Positions 1 to 9,859 of a stretch of DNA of 64,000 nt are shown here, piece by piece (within the stretch, counting starts at the first letter, position 1; each line of letters opens with the position of its first letter). Position numbers and translations under genes: made by a program. The notes beneath the pieces were generated by a model. The model saw nothing but the letters and a program-made list of their open reading frames with translations, had not been told where the DNA came from and ran no database searches. The DNA is taken from assembly GCA_963801665.1 (NCBI GenBank), contig CAWDFL010000003.1:280901-344900 (forward strand). The letters run 5' to 3'. This DNA is from an uncultured delta proteobacterium. GTDB lineage: Bacteria; Desulfobacterota; Binatia; Binatales; Binataceae.

Positions 1-577
1 ATTTAGGATCCTGCATCGGGAGCATCGCGGCGAAGTAGAGCCGCTCCGGATTCTCCTGGCAATACTCGTAGGCCCAATCGTTGTACGCCTTGCACATCGC
101 CTTGGCGCCGACCGCGTTGAGCAGCCACGGATAGGTGTCGATGTCGGTGGGAATGATCATCACCTGGTCGATACCCTGCACGTCCATGTCGCGCAGGCGC
201 GGCTTGGGCTCGTAGGAACCGTTGTGATCGATATACTCAGCCTGTTCCTTGGTGAGCGCGGTTTTGGGATTCAGGTTGCGGACGTTGAGCGCGCGCTGGA
301 TATCGTGCTTGAGCCCGGGACCGGCAAGCGAAAGCACGTTGACCATTCCGGCCGCGCCGCCGATCCGCTGCGAGCCGATTCCCGCGCCGCCCTTGCCATT
401 GACTATTAGCTGATCGGTTTCGGGATCGTACCAGATGGTATTTTTGAGCGCCTCGTATTCGTCTTTGGTCAGCCAGTCTTTCGCGCGCTCCCACAGCCAT
501 GGCGGCTCGGTCACGTGCGCATCGCAATCGAAGGTCGGGAAATTTTTCGTCATCGGCGCAAATTTCTGAATCGGCAT
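1..577 (-). CDS. amidohydrolase-family (amidohydrolase_2-like metal-dependent hydrolase), 5'-partial at window edge
   Basis: Reverse-strand translation from ATG at ~577 gives MPIQKFAPMTKNFPTFDCDAHVTEPPWLWERAKDWL...; the FDCDAHVTEP motif is typical of the amidohydrolase_2 TIM-barrel family. The ORF runs off the window start and is not in the supplied ORF track because it is incomplete. Confidence 0.6.
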   Translation of the reverse strand, partial: MPIQKFAPMTKNFPTFDCDAHVTEPPWLWERAKDWLTKDEYEALKNTIWYDPETDQLIVNGKGGAGIGSQRIGGAAGMVNVLSLAGPGLKHDIQRALNVRNLNPKTALTKEQAEYIDHNGSYEPKPRLRDMDVQGIDQVMIIPTDIDTYPWLLNAVGAKAMCKAYNDWAYEYCQENPERLYFAAMLPMQDPK

Positions 578-622
578 ACTGCACCTCGCCTATTCGCGGC
601 GACTCAGTTGATTAGCAAGTGA

Positions 623-1687
623 CTATTCAGTCTCGAGCCACGTCTCGGGCATCGTGATTGCGCCATGCCGCGCGAAGATCGCGTCGATCTCTTTCATATC
701 GGCGTCCGAGATGGACCATCTGAGCGCGCCGGCGTTGTCGTCAACTTCGCGCGGATTTCGGCATCCCACGAGCGCCGTGCTGATCACCGGATTCGAGAGC
801 GTCCAGCGCAGCGCAAGCTGCGGAAGCGATTTGTGGTAGCGCTTCGCGATTTGTTTCAGATCCTCGACCGCGCGCAGGTTGTTGAGGAAATGCTCGGGGC
901 CGAACAGATGCTGAAACAGGTTGATATTGCCGAGCTTGCCGCGGCGCGAGCGCCAGTCGCCCTTCTCGAACGCCGACTCCTCGCTGAGCGTGCCGGTCAG
1001 CATCCCGTACGCGAGTGAACCGTAGGCCATCACGCCGATGCCGTTTTCGCGGCAGTACGGGAAAATTTCTTTTTGCATGCGCCGATCGAACATGTTCCAG
1101 CAGTACTGGACCACATCCACGCGCCGCGTGCGCGCGCATCGTTCGATCTCGCTGAGCCTGAAATTGGACAGACCGACGGCCCTGACCTTACCCGCCTTGA
1201 CCAGCTCGTCGAGCGCCTGCATCGGCTCCTCGAACGGCGTGACCCGATCGGGCCAGTGGATCAGATAGGCGTCGACGTAGTCGGTGTTGAGCGCCTTGAG
1301 GCTCTTGTCGATCGACTCGACGACGCGCTTGCGGGTGCTGTCGCGATAGTTGGGTGTGTCGGGATAGCCGACGCCAAACTTGGTCGTGATAACGGCTTCC
1401 TTGCGGCGCGAGCCGAGCGCTTTGGCGAGCGATTTTTCCGACGCGCCAAAGCCGTACGCCTCGGCAGTATCGAAGCAGTTGATCCCGAGATCGAGCGCGC
1501 GATTAACCGCCTTGATAAACTCTGATTCTTCGATACTTCCGTAGCCGCCGCCAATCTCCCAGCATCCGAAGCCGACGGCGGAGATCTGAATACCGGTCTT
1601 GCCAAATGGTCGGAGTTCCATACGCTGCCTCCGGGCGAGATCATCACGCTCGAAGGCCACGCTAGTTCCGATCGAATTTTTTGTCAA
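623..1687 (-). CDS. aldo/keto reductase
   Basis: 354-aa ORF with AKR hallmarks (GFGCWEIGG, FDTAEAYG, LIHWPD). The true start is probably the internal Met at MELRPFGKTG. Confidence 0.85.
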   Translation of the reverse strand: MTKNSIGTSVAFERDDLARRQRMELRPFGKTGIQISAVGFGCWEIGGGYGSIEESEFIKAVNRALDLGINCFDTAEAYGFGASEKSLAKALGSRRKEAVITTKFGVGYPDTPNYRDSTRKRVVESIDKSLKALNTDYVDAYLIHWPDRVTPFEEPMQALDELVKAGKVRAVGLSNFRLSEIERCARTRRVDVVQYCWNMFDRRMQKEIFPYCRENGIGVMAYGSLAYGMLTGTLSEESAFEKGDWRSRRGKLGNINLFQHLFGPEHFLNNLRAVEDLKQIAKRYHKSLPQLALRWTLSNPVISTALVGCRNPREVDDNAGALRWSISDADMKEIDAIFARHGAITMPETWLETE

Positions 1688-1729
1688 AGCGGATTGGGCT
1701 GGACGCGATCTATTGTGTATTCGCGCACT

Positions 1730-2137
1730 TCAAGCACGAGCGGTCGGCGACCGCGCGGCAATCAGCACGGCGAGCGCGAGAATAACGAGCACCGCCGCAT
1801 TGAAAGGCGCTCCGGGCACGGCGACCGGCAACGTTCGGTAGAAGTACAAATTGGCCACGCCGAGAAGGGTTTCCACCGTTTGAATGACCAGCGCGAGCAG
1901 GACGAGATCGCGCCGCAGCGCGAGCACGTAAAGCTGAAACCCTCCTGCAACGAGTTGGTGAAATCCCATCAGCGCGAACAGGCTCAGGATGGTCTGGCGC
2001 GCGGCCGACAGATCGAGACCCGCGATCGAGTGGGCGCCTCCGTCCGGCGCAAAGGCGTGGATTGAGCCGCGGCCGAAATTCGTCAGCATCATCAGTCCCA
2101 GTACGACGCACGGAACATATCGGATGACCGCCTTCAT
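1730..2137 (-). CDS. small hydrophobic membrane protein (hypothetical)
   Basis: 135-aa ORF with 3-4 predicted TM helices. Its ATGA start/stop overlap with the downstream DUF1330 gene implies translational coupling. Confidence 0.5.
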   Translation of the reverse strand: MKAVIRYVPCVVLGLMMLTNFGRGSIHAFAPDGGAHSIAGLDLSAARQTILSLFALMGFHQLVAGGFQLYVLALRRDLVLLALVIQTVETLLGVANLYFYRTLPVAVPGAPFNAAVLVILALAVLIAARSPTARA

Positions 2138-2541
2138 CGCTGCGACACGCAGATCAGCAGTTGGCCCTCGAGGCCGGCCGCGCGATGCACGCCAATCTCG
2201 GCGACTTCGGGTGAGGTTGCAATCTTCACGAACGCCGCCGGCGACGGATATTCAACAAGTCCCGCGAGGTCCCAATTGGTTTCGACTTCGCCGATCGCAA
2301 GGTACTTTACGTCGCCGACAAAGAGGAATTTTCCTCCCTCGCGCTCGACGATCTTGCGCATCGCCTCGGCGTATATCGCGTACGCCTGCGCGCCCGTAAG
2401 ATCGTTCTTGCGGCCGTCTGGATACTGCGCCGCGACTCGAAATTTAAGCAGGTTGAGCATCACGATCGGTTTGGGCGAGGGATCGTTGCGGAGCGCATCG
2501 ATCTGTTTGGCTGTCGGGTAGAGTGCATTTTCGACTTTCAT
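2134..2541 (-). CDS. DUF1330 domain protein
   Basis: 135-aa ORF; the size and sequence (PIVMLNLLKF...GGKFLFVG) resemble the DUF1330 family. Start overlaps the upstream gene. Confidence 0.7.
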   Translation of the reverse strand: MKVENALYPTAKQIDALRNDPSPKPIVMLNLLKFRVAAQYPDGRKNDLTGAQAYAIYAEAMRKIVEREGGKFLFVGDVKYLAIGEVETNWDLAGLVEYPSPAAFVKIATSPEVAEIGVHRAAGLEGQLLICVSQR

Positions 2542-2553
2542 TTCCGGTTTCTC

Positions 2554-3460
2554 CTACAGCGTCCCGCGGATGAATTCGTCCAGCACTCGTGTTACCTCTT
2601 CCGGTCGATCCTCCTGCAGAAAGTGTCCCGCGCCGGCGATCGTGACGTGGCGCCGTCCTTTCGCTCCTGGCACGCGTTCCTGAAACGCCTTTTCACCACC
2701 TTTCGTGACTGGATCGGAATCCGAAAAGGCCGTGAGAAATGGCTTCTCGAATTTCTCGAGCGCCTCCCATGCTCTCTTGTTCTCGGCGACCGACCCGTGC
2801 TGGGGAGTGATCGGCACGAGTGCGGGAAATATCCGCGCGCCCGGCCTTATAGGATTCCTCAGGAAAAGGTGCGTTGTATGCGTCGATTTCGGCCGGCGAG
2901 AGTCGGCGCGTCGTGCCCATGTTCACGATTTCTCCGACCGGAAGTTCAGGAACAGTCTGGCTGAAGTTGAGCCACTGCTCGAAAGCGGGCGAAAAGCCCA
3001 GGCCTACGGGCAGGCCCGTATTGGCCGCCACTACGCGCGCGAACCTATCGGGAAACGCGGCTACGAGCCGCAGGCCTATCAACCCGCCCCAATCCTGGCA
3101 GAAGAGCGTGATATTTTTGAGGTCGAGCGCGCTCAGCCAATCGCTCATCCAGCGGACGTGACGTTCGTAGGTGTAGTCGGATCTCTCTGCCGGCTTGTCG
3201 GAGCGGCCGAAGCCGACCAGATCGGGCGCTACCGCGCGATACCCTTTCGCCGCGAGTCCCGCAATTACTTTGCGATAAAGGAACGACCACGACGGCTCAC
3301 CATGCATCAGAAGGACGGGCGAGGCATTCGCGGAGCCTTCGTCCAGGTAGTGAATCCGCAAAGACGTACCGTCAGCATCTTTCACTTCGCGGTAGTGCGG
3401 CGCGAATGGAAAATCCGGCAGGTTGGCAAATTGCTGGTCTGGCGTTCTGAAAACTTTCAC
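2554..3460 (-). pseudogene. haloalkane dehalogenase-like alpha/beta hydrolase, interrupted by +1 frameshift near 2840
   Basis: Two ORFs (2693..3460 and 2554..2817) together reconstitute a ~300-aa DhaA/DhlA-like hydrolase ([18 protein letters not shown] nucleophile elbow; C-terminus [11 protein letters not shown]...[13 protein letters not shown]). The reading frame switches inside the run ccgcgcgcccggcc (one extra G/C). Confidence 0.7.
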
Positions 3461-3493
3461 CAGTGAACCTCCTTGTTCGGCAGGTAATATATT

Positions 3494-3509
3494 GGCATAG
3501 TTAGTGCCA
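3494..3509. promoter_or_regulatory. perfect inverted repeat TGGCA-N7-TGCCA in the dehalogenase/TetR divergent intergenic region (candidate TetR operator or sigma-54 -24/-12 element)
   Basis: ttggcatagttagtgccac. Read on the minus strand it is TGGCAC-N5-ATGCC, close to the sigma-54 consensus TGGCAC-N5-TTGC, and sits ~35 nt upstream of the dehalogenase start with AAGGAGG in between. Confidence 0.35.
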
Positions 3510-3580
3510 CTTTATTTTCCACCGGTCAAGATGCTCGAAATAACGATTGAATGTAATATCTATATTGCGAAAATAGACGG

Positions 3581-4234
3581 ATGACGGGCCAGTCCCCACC
3601 TGCGCACGCGACGCACGACCGGAAACTGATTGCAACGACGATGCATATCGGCACATCCAAACCAGAACAGACCGATGGCCGTCGGCAGCGCAGCGAAGCA
3701 AGCCGCGAGCGTATCGTCCATGCGATGCTGGAGCTGGTTGGTGTGGGCTTCGTTACACCCAGCGCAGAGGCCGTTGCGGCACGCGCGGGTGTGGGGCTAC
3801 GCACAGTTTTCCGTCACTTCGATAACATGGAAAGCCTGTATCAGCAGATCAATGCGGTGATGTCCGCCGAGATTCGCCCCATGGCCGATCGTCCCTTCTC
3901 TGCGCGTGAGTGGAGGGCTCAGGTGGATGAATTGATCGACCGGCGCATCCTCATTTTCGAACGCATCATGCCGTTCAAGATCGCAGCGGACCTCCACCGG
4001 CATCATTCGCCGTTTCTTGCCGAGCGCTGGGCCGAGATGACGCGGGAGCAGCGCGAGTCGGTCAGCCGCGTTCTGCCCAAAAAGCAGCGCTATGATGCTC
4101 CATTCTTCGAGAGCCTTGATCTGGTTTTGAGTTTCGAGACCTGGCGGCGGTTGCGCAAGGATCAGAAGCTCGCTGTGCCTCGAGCCCGGCAGGTGCTCGA
4201 GCGGCTGGTCGGCGCGCTGCTCAAATCCGAGTAG
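3581..4234 (+). CDS. TetR/AcrR family transcriptional regulator
   Basis: N-terminal HTH (RERIVHAMLELVGVGFVTPSAEAVAARAGVGLRTVFRHF) followed by a helical ligand-binding domain. The real start may be the internal Met (MHIGTS...). Confidence 0.8.
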   Translation: MTGQSPPAHATHDRKLIATTMHIGTSKPEQTDGRRQRSEASRERIVHAMLELVGVGFVTPSAEAVAARAGVGLRTVFRHFDNMESLYQQINAVMSAEIRPMADRPFSAREWRAQVDELIDRRILIFERIMPFKIAADLHRHHSPFLAERWAEMTREQRESVSRVLPKKQRYDAPFFESLDLVLSFETWRRLRKDQKLAVPRARQVLERLVGALLKSE

Positions 4235-4245
4235 TCGTATCAGTC

Positions 4246-4968
4246 TCAAATCGCGCCGGGGAGCAGGGCGCGGAGGCGGTTTGCGAGGTCGGGTGCCGAC
4301 GACTCGTGCTTGAAGTACGCGAATACGTCGGCGCCGTCATCAGCAAACTCGGCGATGCGTTTGGCCCACTCCGCGAGCCCTGCATCGTCGTAATTTTCCA
4401 TCCGCAGCCGCAGGTAAACGTATGCTGCCGTCCGCACCACCGGCGTCGCGAGCTTTTCGCTCTCGGCAATACAGAGAGCAGCCTTCGCGCCGGAGAGCGT
4501 GGCTAGGGTTGAATCGTCGAACCATGATTTATCGCGGAACTCGAACGCGACCGGCATCCGTCCGCCCAGTTGAGCGAGAAAATCCTTCAGCAGATCCGTG
4601 TCGCGCTTGAAGTTCGGCGGAAGCTGGAACAGCGTCGGCGCGACACGCTCGCCCAGCGCGCCTGCGGTCTCGATAAAGTAGTCGAGCACCTCCGCGGTGC
4701 CGCGTAATTTGGCGAAGTGAGTAATGCGCTGCGGAGCCTTGAGCGCGAAGCGGAAGTGCGCGGGGGTTTTGGCAGCCCAGCCTTCCAGCAGCTTGCGCGT
4801 CGGCAGGCGGCGGAAGGTCATGTTGATTTCAACCGTCGGCAAACGCTCGGCGTAGTACTCGAGCATCTTTGCGCCGGCCGTCTTCGGCGGATAAAATCCG
4901 CCGACCCATTCCTTGTAGCTAAACCCCGAAGTTCCGATCCGAATCGCACCAGCCTGCCGCTCGCTCAT
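4246..4968 (-). CDS. DUF72 (UPF0759) family protein
   Basis: 240-aa ORF beginning IRIGTSGFSYKEW, characteristic of DUF72. Confidence 0.8.
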   Translation of the reverse strand: MSERQAGAIRIGTSGFSYKEWVGGFYPPKTAGAKMLEYYAERLPTVEINMTFRRLPTRKLLEGWAAKTPAHFRFALKAPQRITHFAKLRGTAEVLDYFIETAGALGERVAPTLFQLPPNFKRDTDLLKDFLAQLGGRMPVAFEFRDKSWFDDSTLATLSGAKAALCIAESEKLATPVVRTAAYVYLRLRMENYDDAGLAEWAKRIAEFADDGADVFAYFKHESSAPDLANRLRALLPGAI

Positions 4969-5186
4969 CGATCTCGACCGCCGTATGGAATTTACTTGTA
5001 CATGAGCACGGTCTCGTGCCGATTACCATCATGTTGACAGATCCGCACCTCGGCAGTTTTCCTAGGGCGGAGTTTCAAGCCGAGTATGTATTGCGAAGCA
5101 AAGCGAAGACGGGAATCGTCCGCGGCACAGGGGGCGCCCGTTCATCCCGGCCTGGCGCTTCGCAGCGTGGCACGATAGCGTAGGCC

Positions 5187-6014
5187 ATGGGCCACAAAGA
5201 TGCGATCGGATCGATGCCACTGTATACGCACCTCGAGCGCATCGACAAAGGGTTGGCCGCGGTAGGAATCGGCCCGCGTGATTCGATTCGTCCCGACCAA
5301 CTATTTCCGCTGGATCAGTTGCACTATCACGGCACGGACGCCATCCGCGCTGCTTCCGAACTGCTTGGACTAGGTCCCGCAAGCCGCGTGCTCGACATCG
5401 GCGCAGGAGTTGGAGGCCCGGCGCGTTACCTCGCGCACACGACCGGCTGCCATGTGACGGCGCTCGAACTTCAGCCTGAACTGCATGCGATCGGCGAAGA
5501 TCTAACGCGGCGCTGTGGTCTTGCCGGCCGGGTCAGCCACGTGTGCGCCGACGCGCTCACCCATCCAATCTCCGATGCGGCGTTTGACGCGGTTGTGAGC
5601 TGGTTAGCAGTGTTGCACATACCGGACCGCCGCCTCCTGTGCTCGCGGTTCGCACGCGCCCTGCGTCCGGGCGGCATGTGCTATATCGAAGATCTCTGTA
5701 TGCGCGCGCCGTTCGCAAATCACGATCTGCGCGACCTACGCGAGGTTGTCTTCGGCGTTACGGTCACGAGCATCGATGAGTACCTCGAAGACCTCCGTTC
5801 CGCCGGCTTCCCGAACGTTGTGGCAACCGACCTAACCAGTGATTGGGCGCCTTACGCCGCCGACCGGTTAAAAGCGTGGCGAGAGAACCGTGCCTCGTAC
5901 GTTTCGATTCATGGGGAGGGAGCTTATGCCGCCCAGGAAATGTTCTACGCGGTAATCACACGTTTGTACGACAGCGGCAGCCTGGGCGGCGTCCGGCTGG
6001 TTGGGCGAGTCTGA
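5187..6014 (+). CDS. class I SAM-dependent methyltransferase
   Basis: SAM-binding motif I VLDIGAGVGG; 275 aa. Confidence 0.8.
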   Translation: MGHKDAIGSMPLYTHLERIDKGLAAVGIGPRDSIRPDQLFPLDQLHYHGTDAIRAASELLGLGPASRVLDIGAGVGGPARYLAHTTGCHVTALELQPELHAIGEDLTRRCGLAGRVSHVCADALTHPISDAAFDAVVSWLAVLHIPDRRLLCSRFARALRPGGMCYIEDLCMRAPFANHDLRDLREVVFGVTVTSIDEYLEDLRSAGFPNVVATDLTSDWAPYAADRLKAWRENRASYVSIHGEGAYAAQEMFYAVITRLYDSGSLGGVRLVGRV

Positions 6015-6132
6015 ATTGCGACGAAAATTGTCCTTGGAGCTCGCGATCCTTTCTCGCGCGTTCAGCCGAGCCTTCTCGCGCACAGCGGAAGCGCGGAGAT
6101 AGCGCGCCTCAGGCAGGAAGCCCGACAATACT

Positions 6133-6636
6133 TCAAGTGCGCCACGCGAGTAGATCGTCCGCAAATCTGCGCATCAGGCGGGCGAGGTTCTGAAGGTCTT
6201 TCTTGCTCCAGTTAGCAAGCAGGATCGACCCGATGCGTTCACGGGCTGCGTCAAGAGCGTCCGTCATCGCGCGGCCTTTGGCCGTGATCGTCGCTTCGCG
6301 GACCCGCTGGTCGTCTTTGGATGCGCGGCGTGCGACGAGCCTTAGGCTTTCGAGCTTTGCCACCTGGCGGCTGACCGTCGTGGAATCCCGACCCACGAGA
6401 TCCGCCAGTTCGCCCACGCCGATCGGTCCCCTTCGTTCGATTCCGACCAGCAGGGGAAACAGCGCCCGGTCCAGAGAGATGCCCGCTTCCCGGATAAGCG
6501 CCGTGTCGCGTTGTGGCCGGTTCATCATCCCGAGCAAGTCGATGAGGGTATGGTGCAGGTGGCGGATCTCTTTGGTCATCCGTTCAGAGCCATTTCCGAT
6601 TGATGGTTTACTCGCCATTATGCGTATAATACACAT
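6133..6636 (-). CDS. MarR family transcriptional regulator
   Basis: Winged-helix region (LTPAQ-like GVGELADLVGRDSTTVSRQVAKLESLRLV), ~150 aa, divergent from the monooxygenase gene. Confidence 0.8.
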   Translation of the reverse strand: MCIIRIMASKPSIGNGSERMTKEIRHLHHTLIDLLGMMNRPQRDTALIREAGISLDRALFPLLVGIERRGPIGVGELADLVGRDSTTVSRQVAKLESLRLVARRASKDDQRVREATITAKGRAMTDALDAARERIGSILLANWSKKDLQNLARLMRRFADDLLAWRT

Positions 6637-6665
6637 AATTAAATTGCAGTGAAGGAGCTGCCCGC

Positions 6666-8168
6666 ATGAAACAGCAGTTCACGACAGAGGTTCTGATCGT
6701 CGGCGCGGGGGCGGCAGGATTGACCCTGGCAATCGATTTGGCCCGCCGCAACGTCGCGTTTCGCTTGATCGACAAACTGCCCAGCCCGTTCGCGGGCTCG
6801 CGCGGCAAAGGCATCCAGCCGCGCAGCCAGGAAGTATTCGAGGATCTGGGCGTTATCGACCGGCTCGTGGCCGTCGGCGGGACCTATCCGCCGCAGCGCG
6901 AATATCGGGAGGATGGCAGCTATCAAGACTCGCCGGTGATGGAGCAGCACGCGGCCACGCCGGACGAGCCCTATCTGATCCCGCTGATGGTGCCGCAATT
7001 CCTGACCGAGGCGGTGCTGCGCGAGCGCCTTGTGGAACTCGGGCACCGTCCGCATTTCGGCTGCGAGCTTAAGGCTTTCGAGCAGGACGCTGACCGCGTA
7101 ACGGCTCATGTCGTGAGCGCCGATTGCGAGGAGACCGTGCGAGCCCGCTATCTGGTCGGCACCGACGGCGGCAAGAGCTACGTCCGGCACGCGTTGAACA
7201 TCGAATTCCCCGGAAAGACCTTGGGGGTCAGAGCCGTGGTCGCGGACGTTCGGCTGGAGGGCCTCGGCACCGACGCGTGGCATCGGTTCAACGAGGGCTC
7301 GATGGGAAAGCAGATCTCATTTTGTCCGCTGCGCGGGACCGACATGTTCCAGGTGCAAGCGCCGATCCCGATCGAGGGTGATATGGATCTCTCGCCCGAG
7401 GGATTGACGGAATGGGCGGCCACGCGCACCGGCCGCAAGGACATAGTGATTCGCGAGGTCCTGTGGGGTTCCGCTTATGAGATGAACGCGCGCATGGCCG
7501 ACAAATACCAGGTCGGCCGCGTCATCATCGGCGGCGATGCCGCACATATCCATCCGCCGACGGGAGGCCAGGGTCTAAATACCAGCGTGCAGGACGCCTA
7601 TAATCTCGGATGGAAGCTTGCGGCCGTGATCAACGGCGCACCGGAGAAACTGCTCGCGACCTACGAGGAAGAACGTCGCCCGATCGCGGCGGAGATGCTC
7701 GGCCTCTCGACTAAACTGCTGCAGGCCGCCAGAGAGCGGGGCAGTATGCGTCGCGGGCGCGAGACGCATCAACTCGATTTGGGTTATCCCCAATCGAGCC
7801 TGTCTCTCAATAAACCGGCGCTATCTCCGGAACGCGTGATGGCCGGAGACCGCGCCCCGGACGCTCCCATCAAGGGCGCGGCGGGCCAACCCACGCGGCT
7901 GTTCAAAGTCTTTCAGGGTGCGCACTGGACTTTGCTCGGTTACCAGGCCTGCCGCGAGGCGATCGCGCCGCGCCGCGGCTTGCACGTCCATACGGTCGGC
8001 GTGCGCGGAGACATCATCGATGAGAGCGGATACGTTCGCGACGCCTACGGCGTCTCGGCTGGCGACTGGGTGCTGGTCCGGCCGGACGGCTATATCGGAG
8101 CGATCATATCGTCCGGCGAGATAGCGGCCTTAAGCCGATATCTGGACGATGTCGGCATCGCCGCGTAA
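6666..8168 (+). CDS. FAD-dependent aromatic-ring monooxygenase (PheA/TfdB-like)
   Basis: N-terminal GxGxxG (VLIVGAGAAGLTLA), DG fingerprint (GTDGGKSYVR) and GD motif (IGGDAAHIHPPTGGQGLNTSVQDAYNLGWKL); 500 aa. Confidence 0.85.
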   Translation: MKQQFTTEVLIVGAGAAGLTLAIDLARRNVAFRLIDKLPSPFAGSRGKGIQPRSQEVFEDLGVIDRLVAVGGTYPPQREYREDGSYQDSPVMEQHAATPDEPYLIPLMVPQFLTEAVLRERLVELGHRPHFGCELKAFEQDADRVTAHVVSADCEETVRARYLVGTDGGKSYVRHALNIEFPGKTLGVRAVVADVRLEGLGTDAWHRFNEGSMGKQISFCPLRGTDMFQVQAPIPIEGDMDLSPEGLTEWAATRTGRKDIVIREVLWGSAYEMNARMADKYQVGRVIIGGDAAHIHPPTGGQGLNTSVQDAYNLGWKLAAVINGAPEKLLATYEEERRPIAAEMLGLSTKLLQAARERGSMRRGRETHQLDLGYPQSSLSLNKPALSPERVMAGDRAPDAPIKGAAGQPTRLFKVFQGAHWTLLGYQACREAIAPRRGLHVHTVGVRGDIIDESGYVRDAYGVSAGDWVLVRPDGYIGAIISSGEIAALSRYLDDVGIAA

Positions 8169-8280
8169 CCCGCCGCGGCTTTCGGGATAAATCGGGCACC
8201 GACTGCAAGTGGGCTATCTTTGGTGTTGCTTCCTGACGCCCAGAAGAGGGTGTCGATTTTCCCGCAAACCCTCCGTTGGT

Positions 8281-8388
8281 GTCATCTTGAGCCACAGGCG
8301 AAAGATCTCCGCGAAGCGATTAGTGCAACCAACTTGGGCTTTGCGCACTAATCGCTGCGCGGAGATCCTTCACTTCGTTCAGGATGAC
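8281..8388. repeat. nested palindromic MITE/REP-like element
   Basis: Outer arms gtcatcttgagccacaggcgaaagatctccgcg / cgcggagatccttcacttcgttcaggatgac, inner arms aagcgattagtgca / tgcgcactaatcgct, loop accaacttgggcttt. It lies in the convergent intergenic space and translates to the typical spurious 'VILS...FVQDD' peptide (ORF 8209..8463). Confidence 0.6.
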
Positions 8389-8439
8389 AGACAAGAACTC
8401 GGCGTTTATCGACAGCCTCTAGAAGGGCGAATCTCCTTC

Positions 8440-9831
8440 CTAGGTGCTTTTGACCTGTCCTAGAAGATAGATCAATCCCTCGGACATTGTCGGATGAGCG
8501 AAGATCGTATCGCGCAACACGGTGTATGGCAGCCGCCCAACCATCGCGGTTTGAACTGCCCCCATCAGCTCACTTGCCTCGATGCCAAAAGCGGTGAAGC
8601 CCACGATTTGGTCGCTGTCTTTGCCGATCAGCATCTTCATAAAGCCGCGGGGTTCGGCAATCGTGTGGGTGCGGAGCACATTTGCCATCGGCAGTTTCGC
8701 GACGCGATATTCGATTTTGTCGCGCCTCGCCTCGGTCTCGTTGCGGCCCACGCGCGCCAGCTCCGGATCGGTGAACATGCAGAACGGCACGATCCGATCC
8801 TTCGTGGTTCGATTGCCGCCCCTTAAGTTGTCACGCACGACGCGGAAGTCGTGATAGGCGACGTGTGTGAATTGCGGACTGCCCGCGCAATCGCCCATCG
8901 CCCACACGTTGGATGCACTCGTCTCCAGCCGGTCGTTGACCTTGATATAGCCACGCTCGTCGAGCTCGACGCCCACTTGCTCCAGTCCGATTCCTTTCGT
9001 ATTCGGCGTCCGGCCAACGGAGACGAGGAGATCGGTACCTTCGACGATTCGTTCACCGGGACCGTCTTTAGCGTAGACCCGAACCTCCTTCCCTGAATGT
9101 CCCTCGACCTTAAGGACCTGAGTGCCGAGCAACACCTCGATTCCTTCATCGTGAAACAAATCAAGCAGAGCGGCGCCAACCTCCGGATCCTCCCGCTCGG
9201 CGAGCTGCGCGCCTCGTTCGATCACGGTCACCTGCGATCCGAACCGCTGCATTGCCTGCGCGAGTTCAAGGCCTATATAGCCGCCGCCAATTACTATGAG
9301 ATGAGGCGGCAGACGATCGAGATCGAGCAACTCGATATGGGTCATCGGATTCGACGCGGCGAGCCCGGGAACATTGGGCATCGTCGAATGCGAACCCAGG
9401 TCGAGGAACACACGTTCGCCGACAATCCGCCTGGTGCCGCCATCGTTGAGCGCGACCTCGATCGTCCTCGGAGCAAGGAAGCGGCCTTCACCCATGATCA
9501 GTTCTATTCCGGCGTCCGCGGTACGCCTGGCGTGGAACTGATGTTCCGCTTCCACCATATGGCGTTTGCGCCGCTGAACGCCGGCCATGTTGATTCGGAG
9601 CCGATCCATTTCCAGTCCGAATTCAGCGCCGCGCCGCGCGAGCGATGCTACCCGCGCGGAATAGATCACGTTCTTGCTCGGCAGGCATGCGATATTAGGA
9701 CACGAGCCGCCGAGCCATTTCCGCTCGACCATCGCGGTGCGACGACCCTCATCGGCCATCGTCCAGGCGATCCACTTGCCGGCTTCTCCGCTTCCCAGAA
9801 CTAGAGTTTCGTATTTTTCAGTGTCAGCCAT
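8440..9831 (-). CDS. class I pyridine nucleotide-disulfide oxidoreductase (Lpd/MerA-like FAD flavoprotein)
   Basis: GxGxxG (VLGSGEAGKWIA), redox-active disulfide GGSCPNIACLPSK, second NAD-binding GxGxxG (IVIGGGYIGLE), C-terminal dimerisation domain. Confidence 0.8.
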   Translation of the reverse strand: MADTEKYETLVLGSGEAGKWIAWTMADEGRRTAMVERKWLGGSCPNIACLPSKNVIYSARVASLARRGAEFGLEMDRLRINMAGVQRRKRHMVEAEHQFHARRTADAGIELIMGEGRFLAPRTIEVALNDGGTRRIVGERVFLDLGSHSTMPNVPGLAASNPMTHIELLDLDRLPPHLIVIGGGYIGLELAQAMQRFGSQVTVIERGAQLAEREDPEVGAALLDLFHDEGIEVLLGTQVLKVEGHSGKEVRVYAKDGPGERIVEGTDLLVSVGRTPNTKGIGLEQVGVELDERGYIKVNDRLETSASNVWAMGDCAGSPQFTHVAYHDFRVVRDNLRGGNRTTKDRIVPFCMFTDPELARVGRNETEARRDKIEYRVAKLPMANVLRTHTIAEPRGFMKMLIGKDSDQIVGFTAFGIEASELMGAVQTAMVGRLPYTVLRDTIFAHPTMSEGLIYLLGQVKST

Positions 9832-9859
9832 GGACTCGTCTCCTGATTAGCGAAGGCGA

